Source: Oopsacas minuta
Lineage: Eukaryota > Animalia > Porifera
Reading direction: 5' to 3'
Assembly (NCBI GenBank): GCA_024704765.1
Contig: JAKMXF010000210.1
Location: 496,001-560,000 of the forward strand
Length of the DNA stretch: 64,000 nucleotides
In this document: piece by piece, positions 15,954 through 25,700 of the stretch
How positions within the stretch are numbered: position 1 is the stretch's first letter
Layout of the letters: every line of letters starts with the position of its first letter
The notes under the pieces: generated by a model
What the model saw: only the letters and a program-made list of their open reading frames with translations
Database searches by the model: none
What the model was told of the DNA's origin: nothing
Position numbers and translations under genes: made by a program

Positions 15954-18314
15954 ATGGTTGAAAGAGTTGGTCTAATCGGGCGTGGAAAAGATTTCCTTCA
16001 GATCCCACTCGATTCTATTTCTGTTAAAGTTAATATTTATGGAATACTCGCACACTTTGAGGCTTCCCTGACCTATACTAACTCAACTAAAGATCCTATC
16101 GAGGTTGAGTTTAAGCATCCACTTCATAACGAGTCTGTTTTGATTGGAATTGAAGCTGTAATTGACGGCCGAAAGATCAAAGGAATCGTGAAAGAGAAAG
16201 GAGAAGCTAAGACAGAATATGAGGACGCTATTTCCAGTGGTAAGACTGCAGCTCTAGTAGAAGAGAATTCACAAGATATCTTAGGTATCCTCCTTGGTAA
16301 CCTACCTCCTGGTAAGAATGCTACCATCAGTTTACAGCTGTTACAACAGCTGGATGTTGAACAAGATGGTATACATTTACTACTGCCTACAACACTGAAA
16401 CCTAGATATGAACTAGGTGGATCACAAGCACAAGCACCACCGAGTTATACTGCCATGATTGAGACAGTAGTCCCAGCAATTTACAAATTCAGTTTTGAGT
16501 TATTTCTAGTCGGAGAAATCGGAAAATTGAAACAGATTACTTCACCTTCTCACAAAATAGCGGAATTCTATGGTAGTGATGGTCGTAAAGGAATTCAGGT
16601 AACATCTCCTGATCCCTTAAACAATGATCTTGTCGTTTACATTGACTTTGATGATATTAACCCTCTTTCAGCTCTAATAGAACCACCTCTCCCTGAGAGA
16701 GGAGAGAAGCCAGCTCAGCATCCGTATATTGACAACCCTGCTGTGCTATTGACATTTATGCCTAATTCTCATCAAACAGATTTGTGTGGGAATGGAGAGT
16801 TTGTTTTTGTGATAGATCAGAGCGGCAGTATGAGTGGGACTCCTATTATCGAGGCTCGTGAGACCTTAGACATGCTTCTACGTAGTCTCTCTCCTGGCTG
16901 TTACTTCAACATTATTGGATTCGGAACAAGTTATGTGTCACTGTTTCCAGGAGGTAGCGTGGAGTATACCCAGGTTAATCTGGATAAAGCTGTGAAGCAT
17001 GTCTCTACTTTGACAGCTAATTTAGGAGGTACAGAAATCTTACAACCTCTCCAGTATGTGTTCTCCAAAAAATCAATACCAGGCCTGACTAGACAGCTGT
17101 TCCTCCTGACAGATGGGGGAGTATCCAATATAGACGATATTGTTAAGACTGTAGCGGATAATTCGTCTCATACACGTGCATTTACATTCGGGATAGGCTC
17201 AGGTGTGTCTACTGAGCTAGTTAACAAGGTAGCTAAAGCAGGCAAGGGTAAGGCTGTGTTTATATCTAGTAAGGATCGGATGCAGGCTAGGGTAATGGAA
17301 GTGATGGTTACCGCGATGTCTCCCAGCTACACAGATATATCCGTTACTGGTAGCAAAAGCATGGTTGTATACCCCCAATCTATTCCTGTTTTGTTTGAGA
17401 ATGAGCCTTTCGTTGTAGTAGGGTTTTTTAATGAGAAGATTTTTAAGGGAGAGAAGATTACAGCAACACTTAAATACTCTTCTCAAGCTGAAACAAAGAA
17501 AACGACAATTCAATTCACGTTAGCAGACAATGTATCTACTCACTTTCCTAATCTACCTCTGCAATTAGTGCATCAGTTCGGTGTAAGTAAGGCCCTGAGA
17601 GATCTCGAAGGAACTATCTCTTCTAAGGATGAGTGTATAATACTAAGTTGTTATTCTAATATAATGTCTAAGCATACGTCATTTGTAGCTATAGGAGAGG
17701 ACCAGCACCAAATGATTGAAGGCTCTATGAAGATGTATAATGTCAGGATAAATACACTAGCATATGACTCTCCCATGTTAGGTGGTATTCCAATGATGTG
17801 TTCTGCTGCTCCACCTCCTCCTCAGGCATATCATGGACGTTTTTCTAGCGCAGACAGTGGTTCTTTTGGATTTTTGTCTACACCGCCAGTCATGGGTGAG
17901 GATATGGGGTTTGATGATTCTGATGATTCTTATAACGAATCCAATCCTTACGCTTTACTTACTGGCATCCCTGACAGCTCTTGCTCTGTAAAATCATCAT
18001 ATTCGAAACCAACTGGTCATCAGGGTATCATGACGCTACAAAAAGCAGAGGGATATTGGGAATATTCTGGACAACTGGAAAGTCAGTTGGGATGCAAACA
18101 AGCTAAGGACTATTGTCCTAAAGATATTGATGATATCTCAATTTGGATAACTGTCCTCTGTCTGAGTTACTTACAAAAACAGTTCCAAGAGTACAAGAGT
18201 GAATGGTTACTTGTCTACAAGAAGGGAGAGAGATGGGTCAAATCTAAAATGAAGAATTGCAAACTATCTTACGAACAGTTATTCGATTTGGCGACTGACT
18301 TTCTAAAGAGATAG
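15954..18314 (+). CDS. VWA5A: VIT + VWA domain protein (VWA5A-like)
   Basis: N-terminal VIT domain (YTNSTKDPIEVEFKHPL..EAKTEYEDAISSG), VWA with MIDAS (FVIDQSGSMSG, LLTDG, FTFGIG) and a VWA5A-type C-terminal helical region. Confidence 0.85.
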   Translation: MVERVGLIGRGKDFLQIPLDSISVKVNIYGILAHFEASLTYTNSTKDPIEVEFKHPLHNESVLIGIEAVIDGRKIKGIVKEKGEAKTEYEDAISSGKTAALVEENSQDILGILLGNLPPGKNATISLQLLQQLDVEQDGIHLLLPTTLKPRYELGGSQAQAPPSYTAMIETVVPAIYKFSFELFLVGEIGKLKQITSPSHKIAEFYGSDGRKGIQVTSPDPLNNDLVVYIDFDDINPLSALIEPPLPERGEKPAQHPYIDNPAVLLTFMPNSHQTDLCGNGEFVFVIDQSGSMSGTPIIEARETLDMLLRSLSPGCYFNIIGFGTSYVSLFPGGSVEYTQVNLDKAVKHVSTLTANLGGTEILQPLQYVFSKKSIPGLTRQLFLLTDGGVSNIDDIVKTVADNSSHTRAFTFGIGSGVSTELVNKVAKAGKGKAVFISSKDRMQARVMEVMVTAMSPSYTDISVTGSKSMVVYPQSIPVLFENEPFVVVGFFNEKIFKGEKITATLKYSSQAETKKTTIQFTLADNVSTHFPNLPLQLVHQFGVSKALRDLEGTISSKDECIILSCYSNIMSKHTSFVAIGEDQHQMIEGSMKMYNVRINTLAYDSPMLGGIPMMCSAAPPPPQAYHGRFSSADSGSFGFLSTPPVMGEDMGFDDSDDSYNESNPYALLTGIPDSSCSVKSSYSKPTGHQGIMTLQKAEGYWEYSGQLESQLGCKQAKDYCPKDIDDISIWITVLCLSYLQKQFQEYKSEWLLVYKKGERWVKSKMKNCKLSYEQLFDLATDFLKR

Positions 18315-18536
18315 AATATGAATTATATATTTACATGTTCTATATAAATCTATATAGGCAGTGTATTTAGCTTGTCACAATAGACAAGAGTTCTCTACCT
18401 TGCTTGCGTATATATTGTTTGTGAACTCTTTAGAATTTATTAGATGAGACAAACTTTATTATGCATACGTAGTATAATGAAACCGGCTATAAACCGCACC
18501 TGTTTATATATAACTGATAACAGTTTCATAGCTAGA

Positions 18537-19680
18537 ATGAGTTTATGGGTAGATAAGTACAGACCTACTCAGCTGCATAAACTAGACTATCATCATGCGC
18601 TCTCCTCACAACTTAAGAGATTAGTGGACTCTGGAGATTTCCCTCATCTCTTGTTCTTTGGTCCCTCTGGCGCTGGTAAAAAGACTCGTATCATGTGTAC
18701 CTTAAGGGAAATGTATGGTGTAGGAGTAGAGAGATTAAGGATTGAAAATATAAACATTCAAACTCCCTCTAACAAGAAGATAGAATTAACAACGATAAAT
18801 AGCAATCATCATATAGAATTTAACCCGAGTGATGCGGGGATATATGACCGAGTAGTTGTGCAGGAAGTGCTAAAGAATATAGCTCAAATGCACACTTTAG
18901 ACACTGGATCACAGAGAGGATTTAAAGTTGTCGTATTGAACGAGGTGGATAAGTTGACTAGAGAGGCCCAACACTCACTTAGACGGACCATGGAGAAGTA
19001 TTCTAGCAACTGCAGACTTATCTTATGCTGCAATTCAACTGGTAGATATGATAACTATTTTACTTCTTATTATGCTAATTAAATATAATTATATTCTAGG
19101 TAAGGTAATAAGTCCTATTCGTAGCAGATGTCTAGGAATACGTGTACCAGCACCTTCTCACGAGGAGATATCACGTATATTGCATTATGTATGCAAGAAA
19201 GAAGGTGTGGTACTTCCTACCGAACTCTCTGGGAGGATCGCAGAAATGTCTAGAAGGAACCTCAGGCGTGCTCTTTTGATGGTAGAAGCTTGTCGGGTCC
19301 AGCAACACCCTATGTCCCCTGAACAATCCATCCCTCTTCCAGACTGGGAGCAATATATCAAGCAAACAGCTGATCTCATCCTGATGGAACAGAGCCCGAA
19401 ACAGTTGTTGGAAGTTAGAAGTCGGGTGTATGAACTGATGGCTCATGTCATTCCTGCTGACGTCATCATGAAGTATCTCTTGGAGGAACTGGTCAAGAGT
19501 TGTGACGGATCTATGAAGGCTGAGGTCATTACTGCTGCTGCAGAATTTGAACATAGAATTCATTTGGGTTCTAAACCAATATTCCATATCGAAGCCTTCG
19601 TTGCTAAATTCATGAGTATGTATAAGCGTTTCCTTGAAGAAGGTTTAGGAAACTTACAAGATATTGAAATGGATTTTTAG
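18537..19680 (+). CDS. RFC3: Replication factor C subunit 3 (2 exons)
   Basis: Starts MSLWVDKYRP; Walker A GPSGAGKKT; EVDKLTREAQHSLRRTMEKY. The 58-nt intron at 19042-19099 joins CNSTG/KVISPIRSRCL. Confidence 0.96.
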
Positions 19681-19803
19681 TTTTGCGATTGTACTCACTT
19701 CACACTTCTATCTAATGAAGAAATTCTCAAAAACGTAGGTTAGTATAATAGGTATTGCTTACTATTATTTGTTCTTATTTACAAAATATTAGATTTACAT
19801 GTA

Positions 19804-21360
19804 ATGCGTACTCCATTGAGATTTCTGAGCACCTTATTGAATTATCCTCGATGTATCATTCTTAACAGAAATCGCAGAATAAATAAGTTTCCGCTGAATT
19901 TTCTAATTGCTTATTCACATTCCTATGCCTCCTATCAAGAACTAAAAGATAATCACTCAGCTCTAATCGATAGTTCTAGAATAAGAGATCCTAGAGATAT
20001 AAAACGTCATATCGAGGTAAATAAGAAAAAGTTAATTTGGGAGAGAATTAATGTTTTGTTGGATAAAGACAAACCCTGTTTAGAGTTATCTCCTCTCGCT
20101 GGTGTAGATCTCCCGTATGGAACCGTCCCTAATGCTGGTACCATATCATTGTTAGGTAGTATCTCTGGGGTTATGTGTTTGATCCTTGGTAACGATGCTA
20201 CTTGCAAGGGAGGAACTACGTTTCCTATTAATTTACACAAGACACAGCGTGCATTAAGGATATCAATGCAGAACTTAATCCCTGTTATTCATATCGTTGA
20301 TTCTGGTGGAGCTTTCCTGCCTCTACAAGCTGAAATATTTCCAGATGCTAACCATGGAGGTAGGATATTCTGCAACCAGGCTATAATATCTGCTATGAAA
20401 ATACCTCAAATAGCTTATGTATGTGGATCATGCACAGCTGGAGCTGCTTACATTCCTTCTATGAGTGACGAGGCTGTTATTGTGGAAGATATCGGTACTA
20501 TCTTTCTAGCCGGACCAGCGCTTGTTAAAGCAGCTACTGGCGAGGATACGTCTGCCAATGAATTAGGAGGAGCTATGCTACACTCCACCATAAGTGGAGG
20601 GACTGACTACTATTGTAGAAGCGAGGATGAAGCGTTTTTGTTGATACAGAAATTAGTTTGTAACTTTAATTTGAGTAGAGCCGATGAGGTAGAATATAGC
20701 AATGCAATAGATCCTACAGTTTGTGTTAAGTCAGTTATGGAGCATTATATTAAATCTGAATACTCTCAGATTCCAATGAAAGATCTGATAGTTAGTTTAG
20801 TTGATAAGAGTGATATGATAGAGTTTAAGAGTGAGTATGGGAAGCAAATAATCACTAGCTTCGCATCTATACAAAATAACACTGTTGGTATAATAGCTAA
20901 TAACGGCTCGATAGGCAGTACTGAAGCTCTGAAAGCTACACACTTTGTGCAACTTTGCAATCAACGTAATATCCCGCTCCTATTTATAGTTAACCTCCCT
21001 CCTCGTGTATCTACTCGTTCCCATAACATCAAGGAACAGTCTGGTTTAATTCAGTCTATTTCTCAGGCTAGCGTACCTATGATAACCCTCATAGTTGGCG
21101 AGTCTTCATACCCCGAAGCTTATACCATGTGCAGTCGTGCTTTCGAACCTAACTTCCTATTTGTTTGGCCAACAGCTAAGCACTCTTTTCAAGACGGTAC
21201 TCATAAGGATGCTTACTACGGTTCTGCTAGGCTGTGGGATGATGGAGTTATACTACCTGAAGACACCAGGAGGGTATTGGCACAATCTTTGAGATTCTCA
21301 CAAGTTTATAACAACAAAGATAAAAGCAAAAATTTACAAAATAAATATATTCGAATGTGA
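19804..21360 (+). CDS. Methylcrotonoyl-CoA carboxylase beta-like carboxyltransferase with a divergent C-terminal half
   Basis: N-terminal half carries DATCKGG, DSGGAFLPLQAEIFPD, GSCTAGAAY and IFLAGPALVKAATGE. The end motif AYYGSARLWDDGVILPEDTR is kept, but the intervening C-half motifs are degenerate. Confidence 0.8.
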   Translation: MRTPLRFLSTLLNYPRCIILNRNRRINKFPLNFLIAYSHSYASYQELKDNHSALIDSSRIRDPRDIKRHIEVNKKKLIWERINVLLDKDKPCLELSPLAGVDLPYGTVPNAGTISLLGSISGVMCLILGNDATCKGGTTFPINLHKTQRALRISMQNLIPVIHIVDSGGAFLPLQAEIFPDANHGGRIFCNQAIISAMKIPQIAYVCGSCTAGAAYIPSMSDEAVIVEDIGTIFLAGPALVKAATGEDTSANELGGAMLHSTISGGTDYYCRSEDEAFLLIQKLVCNFNLSRADEVEYSNAIDPTVCVKSVMEHYIKSEYSQIPMKDLIVSLVDKSDMIEFKSEYGKQIITSFASIQNNTVGIIANNGSIGSTEALKATHFVQLCNQRNIPLLFIVNLPPRVSTRSHNIKEQSGLIQSISQASVPMITLIVGESSYPEAYTMCSRAFEPNFLFVWPTAKHSFQDGTHKDAYYGSARLWDDGVILPEDTRRVLAQSLRFSQVYNNKDKSKNLQNKYIRM

Positions 21361-21506
21361 GCAGTTGTTTATACCATCTAGTTTTATGGAGATTTTACTT
21401 CCGAGATTAAAGTTATTTTCATCTAAATAATTGACAATAAATATGCGTGATTATTTGTGCGGGTTTTACACTTATTAAACACTTAGTTATACCTACTAAT
21501 TAAGAT

Positions 21507-22355
21507 ATGGCATCTTCATCAAAAGAGTTAGCGATAGACTCAATCATCCTACTTAACGACGGTGTTAAGATACCCACTTTTGGATTAGGAGTGTATCAAT
21601 CTCACCCAGGTGATGAAACTTATGAGGCAGTCCTGCATGCAATTAAAACTGGTTACTTATGTATTGACACAGCTGCTTTATATAAAAATGAAAAGGATGT
21701 TGGGAGAGCTATAAGGGATTCTAAGGTAACAAGAGAGAATATCTTCATAACCACTAAACTGTGGACAAACAAACACGGAACTAAAACTATTGAAGGTTTC
21801 CATGAGAGTCTGAAACAGCTAGACTTGAAGTATATTGATTTATATCTGATGCATTCTCCGAGGGGAGGTAATCTTGTTGAGACATGGCAATCTATGTTGA
21901 ATCTGAAATCTCAAGGGTTAGTGCGATCTATCGGAGTCTCAAACTTTGGCATTCACCATTTAGAGGAATTAAAACGACATTTTCCAAATTTTCCACCATC
22001 TGTGAACCAGATAGAAATTTCTCCCTACAGCACGAGAAAGGAATTAGTGGAATATTGTAAAAATAATGATATTCTAGTGCAGGCTTACTCTCCTCTCACT
22101 AAGGGAATTAAGTTGAATGATTCTGCATTGGTTGCCATAGCTAAAAAATATTCAAAAACTACAGCTCAAATTCTAATTCGATGGTCATTACAGCGAGGTT
22201 ATCAGGTGATACCAAAATCTGTGAAGAAGATAAGGATCGAAGAGAATGCGCAAATATTTGATTTCTCTATCACAGAAGATGATATGATTGAGTTAGATAG
22301 CTACAATATTAACCTTGTGACAGGTTGGGATCCAACCAATGATCCTTTGATGTAG
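21507..22355 (+). CDS. Aldo-keto reductase (AKR1/AKR5-like)
   Basis: Catalytic tetrad D (IDTA), Y (ALY), K (TTKLW), H (LMHSP); IGVSNF, QAYSPL and IPKS motifs. Confidence 0.93.
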   Translation: MASSSKELAIDSIILLNDGVKIPTFGLGVYQSHPGDETYEAVLHAIKTGYLCIDTAALYKNEKDVGRAIRDSKVTRENIFITTKLWTNKHGTKTIEGFHESLKQLDLKYIDLYLMHSPRGGNLVETWQSMLNLKSQGLVRSIGVSNFGIHHLEELKRHFPNFPPSVNQIEISPYSTRKELVEYCKNNDILVQAYSPLTKGIKLNDSALVAIAKKYSKTTAQILIRWSLQRGYQVIPKSVKKIRIEENAQIFDFSITEDDMIELDSYNINLVTGWDPTNDPLM

Positions 22356-22760
22356 GACATCTATTTGCTGATCGATTTCCAGCTAGTTTGTTCTTATTTA
22401 TCAACTTAGTTTCGTGTTTTAAAGTGCACACTATATCATGTATAATAGCCAGCTTTACGAGATTACATTTTATTATCCGTAGTCGTTTCTAATTTTTACT
22501 CTCAGTTCCATAATACAGTAGGAAAATAGCCATTTTGTAAAAAAGCATAGCGGCTATCGATTACCATACTTACACTACTTTAAAAATTATACTAAAATAT
22601 TGCATATGTATATTTAGTTATGTTGAAAGCACAACGATTTTTGTTCTAACGTATCTCTAAAATTAGACTGAATTATTCCCAAATCGAACAAATGTTTACA
22701 ACATTCAATACTTATCACATAATAAGATATTCATCTATTGCACACTATTACATACTGAAA

Positions 22761-25700
22761 TTAACTTGTAATTAATTGGCAAGGTTCTCCTGTATTTCTG
22801 GATAGATCTACGTTGAGACATTCACAATTTCCTGCTCCGTGTAACTGTTCACATTTACATAGTTCTTCTTCTGTAGAGGTAAGTTTCAAGGGTAAGCATT
22901 TAACATTACCTCCATAGAAACACCTACAGGTTTCACAGGTACCAGCTCTTATCCTTGTTACCACACTGCTGATAATGGTGTCACTAATTGCTTGCCTTTC
23001 CTCAGGGCCTCCGTTTATAATCGCATTTATATCCCATACGAATCCTCCAGCGTTTAACGAGGGTACAACAAAATCTTTGTGGATTTCCTCCATGTCTTCA
23101 TTACCTACCACGTTATTGACAATACTACCTCTTATCCTGTCTACACTAGTATCATTCCTTTGAGAATAGCACTGTAATAGATTAGAGGCTCCTATACAGT
23201 TATACGTGTCGTTCTGCTTTGTGTTTGCTGTGAGATTAGTGTTAACCAATAGAAGAGGGTGTAGTTCACGGATTGGATTATTATCTTTCAATGCCTCAGT
23301 GAACAAGGTTCTACCCTTATCTCCAAAGTTCTGAATTTGAAAATACGATTTCCCCGCCAAATCTACCTGAGAGTAGATACTCATGTCACTTTTCTTGTTT
23401 GTGCTCAAGATAAGAATTCGATTGTTTTTTGGCCTAACACGTTCGTTATTCAATGTCAATTTTACAGCTCCGTATGCTCCTCTACCCCCTATGTCTGTAG
23501 CTAAGCCAGTTACTTCTTCATGAAGTTTATCCAAGTTAGTGGTATTGTTTGGTGAAAATGTGAAATGATCTTCTCGAATAATTTCAGGTTCCATTTCGTT
23601 GATACTCATTCTTGTAGCTGTGTACTCGTTTCTCTCTTCTCCAATTCCAATACATACTTTGTTTAGTTGTTCTTCTAGATCCGGCAGGAGAATCTTAAAT
23701 ATGAAATCATTCACAGGTTTCATTTCAGTTGTTACATCTAGTACCAACATCACATTTACACCAGGTTCATTACCAGCGTTACAAGATTGGACCCAGACAT
23801 TTTCTTCTGTGCAACCAGCGATTTCTTTGCCATTCTTGAAACAGCTATTGACTGGACAATTGAACTTGATTGTATTATAGTAAGGTACGTCTACCTCGTA
23901 GTTATATTTACAAAATTCTGCGTAATTTAATGTTACATAGTTAGGTCCTAATTCGAGCGCTTTATTAGCGTATTCTTGTCTTGGTTCTGAATCATCTTGC
24001 TTGTACCAGGTCAGGTTCATGTCTGTCCTACCATTATGCATGTAAAATACTAATATTACTTCATCTGTAACGTTATTGTATGAACAAGAAGAACACATGG
24101 TTACGGTATCGGCAAGAATGTTGTCACATGAAATAGTTGTTTGGACTATCAGATTGAAAAAATGATTATCTTTCCTAAAACTATTGCCGCTACTTATAGT
24201 AACTGTGTATGATCCTGATAGCTGAGGGCCGAAGTTATGGATGATTATAGTCGCAGTATTACCTACATACTCAAAAGAGTAATCTACTCCTTGTATAAGT
24301 TCTACTCCTCCATAGAACCATTGGAAACTCCAAGGCCGTGTGCCCTCTCTGACAATTCCTGTTATCCTCAGCTCTGAACCTGTCCTAGCAACAAGTGTTT
24401 GTCCGAATTGTGCCTGTGTCCCTGTGACTGTCCCTGAGATTGTCTTGTCCCATTTTGGTAAGATACCAATGGTAGTGAACTGTGTATCATTTCCGAATGC
24501 ATTTTCTGCAATTAGAACATAGGAGCCCGCTATGTTGTCACCAACTTGTGAGAAAACTAGATTATATGGATTTGTTTCAGAGACTGATGCATAGTTAGCT
24601 ACTATGGATTGTTCAATAGGAATGAAATCCCCATTTACATCAACGTAGTACCAAGATGTAGTGACAGGCTGTGTTCCCTCTGTCAGGCGTGAACTTATAG
24701 TGAAAGTTGACACCAGATCACCATCCAGTCCATAATATACTGTTACTTCATTAGGGCCGTATCCCCCTACAAGCGCTAGTATATCGTCATCTGTAATTGT
24801 GATTATACCAGAGCTAGAGGTAAATGCTAGAGTTGGTGGCAAACCAGGAACAGCACAAACCTCACTCTCTTCACATCGCTGTAGTTCTCCTCCAATGCAC
24901 TTACACTCTACACAAGCTCTAGTTTGTCCACAAGACTCACTGCTCTTAATTACAACTGCCTTGACGAATGCTCGCGTGAAAAGATCTGTTTGTTCATCAC
25001 CCATAGCCCTTATGTTCCATGCACTTCCATTCAGCCCAATTGCTAGATTAATATAGTTCTGTTGGATATTCTCTCCAGCTTCCTTGACTTTACCTCCAGA
25101 CATGAGTTCGTACCCCAGGACTGCACTACTGTTGGGTACAACTGCTGTAATACTCCCGTCTATTTCTTGAAATATACCGATTGCTTCATTACCATTCTCA
25201 TCCTGAAATGTAGCATTGACGATAACATTGAGAACAATGTTAGCTCTTTGGAGGTCAGCCATGATTTCGTGTGTGTCTAGTTGTGGAATGATAGATTCTC
25301 CATCAGTGTGAGATCCACAATCGTATCTCTGTGTATCTGTGATGAGTGTTATGTGACGACAAGATTGTGATTGGAAATTGATGCTGTATGTCTGTAGTGC
25401 TGTGTGTATTGCTGCGTAACCATCAGCTTGTTGTCCTGTGGCTGTTAAGTTTAATCCAACAATAAGTGGAGCTAATTGAGATGAAGGTGCACATAACTTG
25501 TTCCCACGTGGGATAGGAAATGGATATGAGTAACAACGATCACTGATCCTATCATTATCCGCTCCGTATCCCATAATACAGTACTTGTTTGGACAGATAC
25601 TATTCTCCTGTCCAAAGTTGATCTTTGCTAGATTAGTAGGTAGTCTTATGGCTACATCTTTGATAGCAATATGTGCTGCTTGCATTGTATCCGTTTCTGC

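Noticed and set aside
18444-18536. Upstream ATG extension of RFC3
   Set aside because: Orthologues begin MSLWVDKYRP, which matches ATG 18537.
21507-22355. Horizontal transfer of the intronless AKR
   Set aside because: Most genes here are intronless and similar AKRs are widespread in eukaryotes, so there is no specific evidence.
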